Assembly (NCBI GenBank): GCA_040954595.2
Contig: CM082594.2
Location: forward strand, 8,191,573 to 8,255,572
DNA: 64,000 nucleotides
Direction: 5' to 3'
Source: Balanoglossus misakiensis
Lineage: Eukaryota; Animalia; Hemichordata
The translations under genes and the position numbers were made by a program. Shown piece after piece: positions 1 to 13,200 of this stretch. The notes beneath the pieces are model-generated. The model was not told the origin of the DNA and searched no databases. It was given only the letters and a program-made list of their open reading frames with translations. Numbering within the stretch: the stretch's first letter is position 1; every line of letters begins with the position of its first letter.

Positions 1-2558
1 TCCTGTATACCAGGGTATGGTGTTGGATCATTTGTAGATAGGGTAACTCAAGGTTGTGGATGAAAGGAGTTTACATTACCAACAGGCATTACTTGGTGAA
101 GGGTTGTAACAATACTCCCCTCTACATCTTGGTAGATTTCCTACATATTTTTCTTTCTTCACTTTTTTGTCTTCACCACATCACCAACCATCACCTCTTT
201 CTTCCTACACACATCACATGTTTCATTACAGGTATTCAAATCCCAAACGAACTCAGTTCACTAACACTCAGTCACAAAATTATCATTGTACCACTTTTTT
301 TCTTCACATCATCACATTAAACCATCAGTCCGTAGTTTCACCTGGATCCAAGTACTACAATAAGCAAATTGATCCAATCGCGGCGGTAAGTTGTTACCAT
401 GGTAACAGAGCATGCGAAATGTGCACCTCCCACTTGTTGGTGTGACTAATGTTTAACATCCTGGGTTAATAACTTGGTATAAGAGGGAATTTTGGACACA
501 GATGCACAACTCAGGTGTTTATTCAAAATGTGGCAGTTTAGCGAACTCTGGTATTTTACATTTTATATGTCCACACTCTTTCAAAGGCATCAAATTTTCC
601 GTTCTTGGTGGGTTTCTGTGCAAAAGAGCTTTGTATGGCTTTTATAAGTGCACACAAACATTTGAGGGAATATCTCAGAATCCGCTGTAGTGAATGTCAG
701 CTAGACCACTGTGGTGTGTGTGATATGTCAACTGCTATCATGAAGTCACTTGGATAGTGGATGTTGTCAGTTTCGGTACCAATTTGACTCGTGATGGAGA
801 TTTTTGCAAAGGAGAACATGTTATCGTGTGGCAGAACTGAATTCTGTCAGTTGGGATCATTCACCTCCTCCGTTGCTGGCTACTAAACTGCAAATGTTTT
901 TTCCAGATTCGCAGGGACCTTTATTGTTTATCATATACATGCTAAGCACATAGCCCTTCTAGCTGCCACATTTCCTGTGTTTGTCTCTCAGAGTTGAGCA
1001 TGAGATATGTAGCTACATCTTTAAGGGTGCTGGCTGGATTGCTGGTTTGGTATTTGTTAGTATCATGCCTAAAAAAACTTGGCACTGGATAGAAGATTTG
1101 CGTGTCTTATGGACAATCTACTATTAAGGTCTGTTACATGGACATGCCTTTGGTTGCTTGGGTTTATGCAAGTTGCCTGATAAAAATCAAATTGCCAGTT
1201 CAAAAACATCCAACTCCGCAAAGAGGAAAAATAAAACCTGTTATACAAATGTGTACTGATGACTGTCTCATGTATTAAAGAGACAGTCCGAATATGAATT
1301 ACTGAAATTCTGCTTTGAAACACTGAAAAGAAATTGGATGTTTTTGAACAGCTTTGCATCGAAGTGCGGGTGAGCTCGTGGCACTGACTCTGTCCTTCAC
1401 TGTGTGTTGTCACCCCCCAGACGGACATCTATGCCTGGGAGGAGACGGCTGATGACAGACACTAAAGAGTCCACTGTAGATGGGTAGGATGAGTGAGACA
1501 GGATGGAATCACAGCTGATCTCCATTTACTCATATTAAACCCTGCTAAAGGATCTATGGCTGATTGCTTTCTTAATACAACCAACATTGTGTTGTGTTTT
1601 ATGTCATTTGCTTATTTGATATTAATTGGTCTTGCATGTTGCATTTTCATGGTAGTCATTATACATCATTTGAAATATTGAAATTTTAACTCCCTTAATA
1701 TGATTATTTAAACGTTTTTCTTCATATCGATATTTATTCAGAACTGTTTTATTCCATTTACATTTATAACACCACATTCCAACTGCAGAAGTTTTCATAT
1801 CAATGAAAGTTAGAGCAGATAGCCAAAGTGAGTTAGAGCAGATAGCCAAATTTAGGGAAGTACTTGCTACATAACTAGGCAACGCTAGCAAAGTGACGAA
1901 GTATAGAAATATGAAATTAACCAATAAATCATGTGGATTGCATGACTAAGGGGTCGGCGAAGTTTTACATCACCATTACAGTGGTTTCAATTCACCTTGA
2001 TTTGTTTTTTAATTAATATCCATATTGGGTTAAGGTGTATAACAGGTGTTAAATAGTTTGCCAATATTCATATATTTATTTTACCTTTACCTTTAACTTA
2101 TTTCAATCATGGCTAAGTTTTGTTGATGAGATTGATAACATCAGTGATATTGGACAGCTGCGATTGAATGATCATCAGCTCAGGCAGTTCTTGTCTGTTA
2201 ATGATTTCATGTTGCACATTCTGATTAAAAAGATTTTGGCACTCAAGATTTCTTTGCATTTGTATGTTGATGAATGAACAGTTTTTTCATGCTATTCATA
2301 AATACGATATGATTCAACAATATTTTAAGACCAGACCGCTAAGGTAAGATCTGAAACCTTCCAAGTGAAACCGCATAACAAAATCCAACCTATTTGACAT
2401 CACGAAAAAAATATTGTATTTTTTAATTCAGAATATTAATGGACACAAAATTGCTCCATGAAATATGATCGCAGACAAAAATCACTTTGTGTTTAAGTAT
2501 GTATTGAAAAATGACAGAAACTGATGCCAGCTATGATTTTTGATCATTTGCATAATAG

Positions 2559-3997
2559 ATTATGTCACCTGGTAAAGGAACTCCGCAAGGTGCTGAAGAG
2601 ATGCCGTCTGCATCTGCTGAAGAGCCAGCATCGGCCAATGACCATGAGAAGCCAGACGATGGCAGTATGACCAGCAGCAACATTGAGGTTGGGAGCACGG
2701 CTGCCAGTAGTGGCACAGTAACCAATGGCGATATGGTATCTGCCGAAGCATTGGCTGGCCACACAGAACTCAGGAGAAGAAATGTCCCAAAGGGGTAAGT
2801 CAGGCAAGCAGTATTTTAGACACGTAGAACTCAGAAACAAAAGGCAAACAACCACTGCAGTGAATCTGATCTGCAGTGAATTAACTGAATCTGATTAATT
2901 ATTTCATCATCCTACAGATCTGGAGACACTGAAGGAACAGGGCTTGGTAAAGTACAAGTAACATTACGATACAGCTCACAGAGAAATAAGCTGATTGTCG
3001 TAGTACACAAAGCTGAGTAAGTATAATCGCTTAAAGTCACAAGAAACACCATCTGAATAGATTGATCACACATTTCAAGACTTTGAAATAACTGACAAAC
3101 TGGCCCATGATGACCCCATGCATCTTTAACTCGACTTTACCATCTACAGGAATTTGCCAGCTATGAATTCTGACAATACATCTGATCCGTATGTGAGACT
3201 GTATTTGCTGCCAGACAAATCAAATTCTGGACGGAAAAAGACGCGCGTCATCAAAGAAAAACTCAACCCCACGTTTGATGAGACGTAAGTATATGCTGTG
3301 ACAACTTAGTGTACGGTACAACCAGCCCTAGAAGTCTCTAATCTTAAATGATTACAAATTGATCTGAAAACAAGTGCATTTATGTTTCAATGAACAAGAC
3401 AAGTTTTCTTTTGTATTGACCAGGTTTGAGTTTCACTGCAATTCTGATGAGGCACAGCAGCGGGTTATTGACATGGTTGTCAAGAATTCTGCTGGCATGT
3501 TCTCGCAAAGCAAGAATTTCATTGGTCAGGTAGGCGCTTATATTAAACTTTACGTGCATGTCACATGACTCTCACATGGCAGTCAAGTGCTGGTCATGTG
3601 ACATAATCAAGGTTTAATTCATGAAGATTAATGTGGAGGAGTTGACAGCACTTTCCTGCAATATTGATATCGATATGCTGTTTTATAGGATTTTTTGCAT
3701 TAAATTTCGATCTCCCCTGTCATTCTCTCGCAGGCCTTCATTCACCTTTCTGAACTTGATCTGACCAAAGCTTCGACTGTTTGGTAAGTGAACTACAGAC
3801 TTTTGGAGATGGTATTATCAATTAAAAAGTCATTTGGATTCACAGTGAAACGGTATACATGTACCACATACAACATTATTGTGATGAATTTCTTGTGATC
3901 AAATGAAGTTTGGTTTTCTTGTAGGTATGCACTACACAGTGAGGGTTCGTCAGTGGGTGCCTCTACTCCATCATTGTCAAGTGGAACAGCTGTATAG
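2559..3997 (+). CDS. ESYT2: Extended synaptotagmin (E-Syt), 3' part: linker and C-terminal C2 domain; 5' exons lie upstream of the window
   Basis: Exons 2559-2794, 2918-3016, 3150-3284, 3424-3529, 3734-3783, 3925-3997, all AG/GT bounded with consistent phases. Translation [29 protein letters not shown]...[38 protein letters not shown]...[13 protein letters not shown] matches the terminal C2 domain of E-Syt2/3. Stop TAG at 3995-3997. The paralogue number is nominal for an invertebrate. Confidence 0.92.
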
Positions 3998-5629
3998 TGA
4001 GAAGACAACTATATAAATATAAAAATCATTAAAAACTTATATATTTTGGTACTTGTTTTGAGCTACCATAGACTGCCAATATTATAGGGTTATTCACACG
4101 CATGGCCAAGTATGAGCTATGAAGTTGAACACAGATAAGCATGACTAAAATGCTATTTGTGAATGATTGTGTGCATCATCTGCATGATAGATCACATTCG
4201 CTTGATTAAGAGATTCAGTGGTCGTAACAGTGTGCTGATATGGTTATCTGCTTGCCCCATCATATTAAGGACATTTTTGTTTCCAGAAGAAGAGCAACAT
4301 TTCATCAATATTAGTCAGATATAAATCTAGAGTTACATCTCCAAGGGATAGAAGTTTTTAAATCTAAAAGTAGTGTACTACTAGAACAAGATCAATTTCA
4401 GTGCAATTAATAAGTTAAATTGCATTTTTGATTTTCTATTGGTGTGATGTATTTTAGATGAACTCTAACTTATTTTAATATGGTGTAGATTAAATTAATT
4501 TATAAAGTATTTATGTATATTAATTATAAGAGCTACTGATAAGAGTATGTTTCTACATTGCTTGGGTAGACTTTTAACAGTTTTAACATGGATATCTGCA
4601 ATCAAATCCCAAGCTACCACAGATGAAATTATAGTGGTGTTGAATCAGTTTGCATTCGTTCGCTTACATTTTTGGTTTGGCAGAAATATTACGTAATATT
4701 AAGTCAGTGATCTAAAATTTAACATCCCAGTACTTTTTAAATGTTAGGGAAAAGATAGCCAACTGAATTCAAGTAGATTTCTTAACATGGTTTTGTATGA
4801 GAATGCTGTTTGACTTGGTAATCTTGACTATAGAGGGCGCCATCTCAGGTACATAACAGTACTTCAGTCAAGAAACAACAGCCTTATCAGTACCATCTAT
4901 TTGGGGATACAGGTTATAATAGTTAATTATTTGTTGATTTGAACTAGTAGAGTTATAATCAAGAAGACAAAGCTTTGGGATCTTCAAAGGCAGCTATCGT
5001 GTGAGGTTTTTACTGTGCAGAAAATAACTGTAGAGAAATAGACTGCCAATTAAGTTGTACATGTAGTACTAAGCTGGCATATGAAATAGGGCACCAGTAG
5101 TACTAGCATAAAATATGCACACCAAGATAAGCCAGTATTTTTAACAGTAGTACTAAAAAGTTGCACGAGAACATGGTCATGAGAAGTACATTTGGAAACA
5201 CCTCTTTTGACAAAACAACAACTCATTCCACTCAATATCATTTCCTTTGTCACGGATGAACTTCACATTTCCTTCATGTGCCTCTACCAAGAAAGTGCCT
5301 TTATTCTTTCTCAACAGTAACTTATATGTTTTTTAGATTTTGTACCCTTATACTTATGTAGATGCTGAACGGACATTTTTCACTGGATATTAAACACAAG
5401 CATATCTTGCACTTTATACAGCTGCTTTCAATTTTAAAACTATATTTTCTAAGCTTGTATGCTTTTTATTTTGACTTTGTGATCATTTTTATACTTAGTG
5501 TGCTACAACAGATTATTATATTTAAAAAAAGGAACTTTTATCAGAAGTTTAAGATAATCTTGCAGGCAAAAGTAGTGTATCATATAAGAGTTTTTATTTC
5601 ACCCATGTCATGTTTGTTGCAGTGTAGAC

Positions 5630-5635
5630 AATAAA
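5630..5635 (+). terminator. Probable polyadenylation signal of the E-Syt gene (about 1.6-kb 3' UTR)
   Basis: AATAAA followed about 15 nt later by a GT-rich tract (tgtgtgtgtctc), just before the CpG-rich BMPR2 promoter region. Confidence 0.55.
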
Positions 5636-5929
5636 ACACGGTGAAGGACTTGTGTGTGTCTCATGTCTCCTGAATTTATTTAGTGCATGATTTTCTATAC
5701 TTTTAACATAAGAAATCCAGCCCAGAACTTGACTGTACCACACAGTAAATCTTGGCTACAAATGTAAATTTTATTTCACCTATATGCGTATGGCCTAAAT
5801 TTTGCACGGCCTTGGTCTAAATGCGGTGATTGTTTTCTCTTTTCGATAGTACTGTTATATTATAATTATAAGAAAAAAGCATGAAACGAGTGTATGGTGT
5901 ACCCCTCTCAAACGAATGGTTTCTCCCAT

Positions 5930-7270
5930 ATTTGACCTTTGACATGAGGGTCGATCCCAGACGGTTGTGTATTCATTCGACTCGGTCACTGTCGCGACCA
6001 TTTTTTGTCCCGAAATTCGAGCAGAATGAAGTCATTTGTGCGTATACTAAGACAATAAATCGCATAATTTAAACGATTCGCCTTGTTTCTTTCTAATAAG
6101 TGGGGAAATGAGTGGAAATGCTGGACTATATTATGACGCGGAATTATTCTTGTTTGTATGTTAAGTGGTTATAGGAGCCATGTGCCCTGGAGCTGAAATA
6201 TGTCTGGCTTAGCCTACTGGCTCTTGCCGTAAACAAGGTACTAAATGTACATTTCGTGCTGGTGAAATCGACGTGGGTGAATCACGAATGGCGTGTCGAC
6301 TCACCAGGGCCGTACAGCGATACCAGAAAACTGTCACTGTGGACTGATCTCTCTCTCTCGTGACAGTGGAACCCTAACAGACATTTTCAAGTTAGATATT
6401 ACAGACATTTTTGGTGCGATCTGCGTTGATTTGGATAGTCGATCCGATAGGCTACGCTACCTTCGATCGCGATCGTGACTAGTGTACAGAATTCTGGTGT
6501 ACCAACAGCTTTTATTTTCGTAGCCTGTCAGGTTTTTCTGATGATGCTGAGCTCCGATTTCGCTGAATCGCCAATCGACGACTGAAAATCGGAGGCTGCC
6601 CCAGTTACTAAGGAGTTGCGACGTGACGCTAATCACTTAGTCCGTCTGTCGAGCAGGTACGGCGACGCGCCAGACGGCGAGATTGATAAGAGGCCCCCGA
6701 AGTTTCCTGAGATTGGGCGAACGTCATACGTCAACACCACCCTCGAACCCCACTGCAGACTTGTCAAAATGGGGTTGTGGCACACATTATCGATTTTCAT
6801 CAGCGTTATATTGGTTTTACATCAGGGTGAGTGAAACACACTTTTTTCTTTCGACAGTCCAAGCTAGGCAAAAGCGGCTGTTTTAATTGATACTCAAGGC
6901 GACTGTCGCGTCAGACGGACGGGACCATCGCTGGGGGTTTGATGGTGCAAAGGTCGCCGGAAAGGTCGCAGCGCTGAAGCTCGGTCTGGAAAGAAAAGAT
7001 CGCAAAAGCATTGTTTTTCACTGTTTGCAGAAATAATCGCCTTGTCAGAGTAAGATTTTAATAAGACGGAGAGGAGTCCGATTTCCCCAGGAAAGGTTTT
7101 TGTCGCGCTGAATACGAGTGCGCAATAAAACTGACGTTGTTGGCCCCAATAGATAATTAACCGTATGCAAATACGCGTGTCTGAAGCCAATAACAAACAC
7201 ATGACAATAGGTGTCTAGACGCTCGACCACGAAATACACAACGCCCGTGCTGTGATAACGGGCGATCGCT
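5930..7270 (+). promoter_or_regulatory. CpG-rich promoter / 5' UTR / first-exon region of BMPR2
   Basis: Marked rise in CpG dinucleotides relative to the flanks, centred on the signal-peptide exon 6769-6826. Boundaries are approximate. Confidence 0.6.
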
Positions 7271-10200
7271 ATTATATTATATGTACGATTTCAGAACGCA
7301 TTTGTCATTATCAAAGAAATCAACATGACCACACACAGTGAGTCTATTTCGTATTTCAGAATGATATTTATAAAGTAAAAGAATAATGTGTAATTTATGA
7401 GTGTGCTGGGTGACCTCAACTAAGTTGAAGTGGTTGCTAAGGCGATCCTTTGAGAAGCCAGTCAATCGAAGTATCAATGACTTTAATGAAAACGGGAATC
7501 AAAATGATATTCAAGCGTGGTGGTCACAGGTGTCCATGTGTATAACAGAGATTCATCGCACAAGTCAGTCGCAGTATATTTTTAAATTTAAATCGAAGAA
7601 ACATCATGCTGCTGTCACATGTTCTGTGACATTCGAATCAACGGACTTTATTAGACTTCCGTATCATTCATTTTTTGACCGATCTGAACCATTGAAGATT
7701 TGGATTTCCAAGAAATTCGGAAATATGAGTCCTCTTACATTTCAACGATACATGTATTTGTAATGCTGTATCGCCAAGGAAACATGATGAATATTTTAAA
7801 TAATGAAACAAAGTGCTTTGCTAACAATTAAAAAGACCCTTGGCAATAAAGTCCACTTACAATATGCAAAACGATTCCAGGAATTTCTTGAAATGGTGAA
7901 TGTGCCCAGGGGCTGTATTTGGCATCTTAGCAGTGGAGAACATGTTCATCATGAAAGAATCTCAAAGTGTTAGATTTTATAGCTTACACAGGGGCTGAAA
8001 ATAACTGATAACATTTTATATGGTGAGCTGGTAAGTTTGGCGTGAAGGCAGTCTTATCAATGACGTACATATAATCAAAGCAGTGATACTGATTGGCTAA
8101 TCGTAGTATACTATACCATTGCCAATTTTAGAATAACCCAGACTGCTAGTTGGAATATTTTGTGTTAAGAATGTTGACTTTTACTGCAATGGTTAAGAAG
8201 GGGGAAAATGTTTGGTCTGATAAAGTCAGTGACACATCAGTGACAAAATTTTACTCCCAAAGAAGTACCAGGGATTTTGACGATGTGAACAACACTTCAG
8301 ATGGAATTCAAAATCATGACATACAGGGACCAGATCCAGATCAAATTGTCTACAACCTGATAGTACTGTATGTCCAAATGAGTGATATTGAACCATGTAT
8401 CACTGGTGTAAGATAACACACAGTGGCATATCTGGGCTAACCTCCCACTGGGGCTTTTGAAAATGATACACTCGTAAAAAATTGTAGTTTTCGTGTCCTT
8501 CAAACTTTCATAGAACAAGTATACATTTTGTAGTCGTCCAGCACTGGTTTATTATTCAATTATCACATGGTTTGAAAACATTGGAAAGAGATGATTCATC
8601 TCTAAAAAACATGTATTCTCTAGAAAACATGTTTGGTAAATTTCATACATTTAGTTGTTTAGCTGTTACCAGTGCATAGTGCTGTTTTTATCTGAGAGAC
8701 TAAAACCGCATGTGATAATTGGCTGATAAAGTTGAAGTGCTCTGCTAACCACAGGTAAAAGATTTCAGCAACGTTTGTACAAGGCTGTACCTCTGGATAA
8801 AAACTTGATGATATATGCAGTATGTGTCAGCTTGCATTTTATATTTACTGCTTTTTCTGGTGACACAACATGTGGGCTTTTTAAATGCAGTTAAACGTGT
8901 CTAAGCTGGCACGAAAGGGACAGAACATTGTTTGATTCACAGAGGTTCTTTTAATACAAAACATGCATGTAATGTCCTGTGTGAAATGGACTCATGTTCA
9001 GTTTAGGATTATAGATTGTAGACATGTATATTTCATTAATCATGTAAATTTCAGTGCGTTTTGATTTATATTTTTGCTTGAGTCATGTAGTTTCACCAAG
9101 TTAGAGACCTGAGGAAGGAAAACGAAATTTTGTTTCACACTGATACATAATGAGTAATGGTAAGGTTTATCATGACTTGTAAATGTCAGAGGTCTGAAAA
9201 TGGGAGCAGAGTATTACATTAATATGGTGTACTTCATTATAGCGTGCAGTGTGGTATATCTCATTTTATGACCAGAGAGACATTCTTCGTAGTGATTTCA
9301 TAGAGCTATCGGGGTCTTGGGAGTCAATACTGATTGTAAAGTTACAAAAAAATGTGGTGATGGAGGAGGTCAGTGTTTGGGGTCAGCAGAGAAGAATTGT
9401 TGACAAAAACAAGACTTTAAACTCTTCAACTTTTCGCATTGCTGCTCATGTATTTTCAAAATGTGTGGTTTGGCCCGTACGCAAGGTACATGTACATGTA
9501 TCAGTGATTAGGGTCAGAGCGGTATATATATATTATATCGGACTCCCGCTGAACAGTGATGTGATATTTGAAAATTGATCTAGGAGTCAAGAAAAGGGGT
9601 GTTCTAAATAGTCTCTCACGATACAGCAGGCTGTCAACTAAACCTATATAGATGGTGATTGATGTCCCAGAAAGAATTGATGGTTCTTTAGACTGAACGT
9701 CTCATTTCCGGAAATGTGGGAGTCATTTTTTACCAACCCTCAGTGGGATGGGTAGGGAATGAGTTTTGTCTTTCAGAGAATTCAACAAATGGTGATAAAT
9801 TGACAAACTCACTACACCACAGTATTATTAGAGCTTTCCTTACACTCTTCGCTTGCGGGATGAAATATGTTGTGTGGCCAAAAAGAAAGATCCTAAGCAC
9901 ATCAGAGCGTGTGTTGGGGATGGGATCCCTTGGAGTGCCTTTGTACATTTTACATTTCCCACACATTCAAGTGGCCGGACAAATCGACATTTCTGTATGT
10001 TTGCATTACATTATTAGTAGAGAAGCTTTTTTCTTGTAATAACTGTGCAAACAGACAATAGTGTTAGCCAGGATTGTAAAAGAAAGGAAGCTGAATAAAA
10101 GGCCTGTGTAAATATATATACGTCCAAGGCTGAGCAGCTGTCATGGATTTTAAAGCCGGCTGTTTTAGTGTAGTCATCCCGAACAGCACCAAGTTGTCTG

Positions 10201-13200
10201 TTTTTAACAGTTTTTCCATCGTCTCAACTAATACTAGCCAGTAATATACAGCTACGTGATGGTGGACTGAAGTTTAATAAACCGGCTGGTAATATGGAAC
10301 ATGTCAAGTCATAAGATCCAGTCATTGTGAAAGTATTGAGCCTCTGTGCTGTTTCTCATTAGAGAGAGAAGCAGTGTGCTCCTGCAGCCTAGCGTGCGAT
10401 TTTTGTGTACAATACCTCTGTTGTTGTACAGTGGATTTAATAACACACACCTTTTGTTACGTTTCACAAAGTGAGCAAAAAATCCATACCTGGCGGCAGT
10501 GGCGGGGTCTTTACAAGAATTTTTAAATTAAATTTGTCAACCGAATCACATATTGTTGGCTTTTGTATCTGAAATCCCCCCGAACAACTTCCATCAAACT
10601 GAGGTTTTATTTGAAGCATCCGGTAAACTCTGTAGTATATTTTATCGTACAGACCAATCTTATTGATTATTTTCATTCATAAATATTCTTATAATTATAT
10701 GGGGTTGGATTATACAAGATATTCTCAATTATTAGTATTTAAAACCTTTTGTTGTCATTGCTTGAATTGAAGGAATGAGTCCTATTGTCAACATCCCAAA
10801 GCTAAATCGTGTGAAGACTTGTTTCTTCAATCAAATGCTTTTTTTAGCAGGTGTTCTGTGGATCGAAGATTTATAACTTGTGTACCACAAGATAGGTGTA
10901 GAGGATTGATGGTTCTGATATGATGTCTAGATTGAAGACTATCACTGCTTTAACAGATATTAATGTTCCCTTGGGTAGATAGCTGTATGCTGTTGCCTTC
11001 ATGACCAGTCAATATGGCAATGCAATGGACATGAGGCATGTAGATTGCTGTGGCATGCAAGTCTAAACTTTCACAGTACATTGTCTAAGTTAAACCGTGC
11101 CCGGAGACCGAGGCTAGGTTTGTCCCCCTTTATGTAAGAAATTCAGTTGATGCATGGTGTTTTGTTCTCCATCACAATGGTAAACTAGTTCACTGGCTTT
11201 CCGCTTGTGGAACTGAGTCAATAGTGTGAATGGAAGTAAAGGTCAGTTACATTTGTACCTGGGAGTTTACAAAGCCTGAATGCATTCTCTTGGATGCTAT
11301 TAGTGCACACAGTCCACACAGGGGTGTAATTTCTTGTAGCGCCATTTGCGTAAGGTTATTCATCTTTGCATGACAGCATTTCACTTCCAGCAGTCTGAAT
11401 CTTATCACATTTTATTCTGACAAGAACTTCCTTGTTGTTTGAGATAAAGAATATCACTTCTACTGACTAGTTACATGTATATTCAGTGTTCTCATGTTCG
11501 CTGTATTTCTCTGTATTCCTCTCTCTGTATTTCTCTGTATATGTACGTCTCTATATTTCTCTGTATAAACTCAAAATGCTAACAAGCAGCTCACAGTCTA
11601 CAAACAGGAATGAGATAGCTGGGGAGAACGGCAACGTACAGTTGACTTGAAAACTGCTCCAGACATTACTAAAGTAAAGATGGAATGTACCAACTTTCTG
11701 TGTCATGAAGGAACTCCACAGATGTCTGTGGCTGGAAGTTTGGAAGTTTACAACTGTGTAATGACCTGTGAATGAACCTCTGAGGAACATGAGCATTCTG
11801 ATTGAATAACAGGGACATAGCAATTTGGCGTCAGACTGTCGGACATGCCCAGTATTTATATGGTTTTAGGAAGCATAAGATGTATACTAGGCCTGCCAGC
11901 AGTAGATGTTTGTACTCTGTTTTTTTTTAAAGTTGAGTACGGTTTTCTCCAACTCCAATTTACGCGTAGGAGTTCCGATCCTACCGGGCAGTGTTTAGTG
12001 AAATTTAAAAATCTCATTGGGAGACTGAGTGGAGAAAATAAAAATGATTAAAAGGAAGCATGAATAGCCAGGGAAAGTTTAAAAGTTACTGGTGGGTTTC
12101 GTAAACTTTCATTATTGACTGGAATTTTCCTTAGCTTGCAGTGCATGATGGGTATGTATTTACAATCTGTATTCTACAGGATTAATGGCTTGGAACTAAT
12201 AACAAAGGAACAAAACTGATGTGACATATCTGTATTTTGGGATTGTGTGAGAGAAGTTATTTTTGTCTGTGCTAGTCTGGTCACTGTGGTATAATTGCGA
12301 GTATACATGTACATGTATACCGTAAATTATTGGATTTGAATACAAGTCAGACATACTCTGACGAGGTGTCACAGAAGGCTATCTGAGACCAAGTGTAAAG
12401 GTCAGTTTGAAGTAGAAATTCTTTCCTTCCTTGAGAAGTCTCAGCCGTTTGCAGTATACTGGGTCATGGGCCATTGGACCAGCTTTGTCTTGTTTATGTT
12501 GAACTATTCTGAGACAGGTGAAAGGTCACTGACATGGCAGTAAAATAAAGAGTAATATACGATGTAACCCCAGCGGGCTTCACCCATCTTGGAATACTTG
12601 TTTTGTGGGGTTTCTCTATGTTTGAAAAGTTGGTGGCACGTTATATGTACAAATGATGATGCCATGTAGTTTTGGTGAAGTTTCTTCGTTCGATTGGCTA
12701 AAAGTTTATATCTTCCCAGTAGGTTATACTTGTGTATGCCTGTTGTATCTTATAAATGGTGGTTTGAAATGAGGTCATCACTCCAGGGGTGTCTTTGAAC
12801 TCTTTTGTTGAATACACATTGTTGATATCTGCATGGATTTATTTATGAGGAGTGTGGCACCTGTGTGTGCTTGACTTTGTGGTCTATCAGCAATGAGGAA
12901 TTCAACCGAGGAATTCAACAACAACAATGTGCTGTCCAGGTGTTGTGGTAGATTCAGTATTTTGATAAAAACAACTAAAGTTTAAGAAAGACTTGACGAT
13001 ACCGATTGATGGATTGATCATTCATTCGTTCCTATATTCATTCATTTTGAATCCACTAGAGGATAGGGTGGATGGTTCAGGTGTAAACCACCTTGGCCCA
13101 AACCCTCTGTTTGAAATCTGTAATAAATGTATTGATCCAACGAATCAAGATCTTGATGAACAGAGTGTTCAACAGCGTGGCCCAACCCTTTGCTGCTTGC

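Noticed and set aside
1352-1483. Candidate 18-nt microexon (1352-1369, LCIEVR) and 63-nt exon (1421-1483) in the E-Syt intron
   Set aside because: The first has a weak pyrimidine tract; the open frame of the second does not match the phase of exon 2559. Cannot be supported without transcripts.
1808-1850. Direct repeat of 20 bp (agttagagcagatagccaaa x2)
   Set aside because: Simple local slippage duplication in an intron with no further structure.
7213-7220. Perfect Smad-binding palindrome GTCTAGAC near BMPR2 exon 1
   Set aside because: A single 8-mer is expected about once by chance in a window of this size, and there is no correctly spaced GC-rich partner site.
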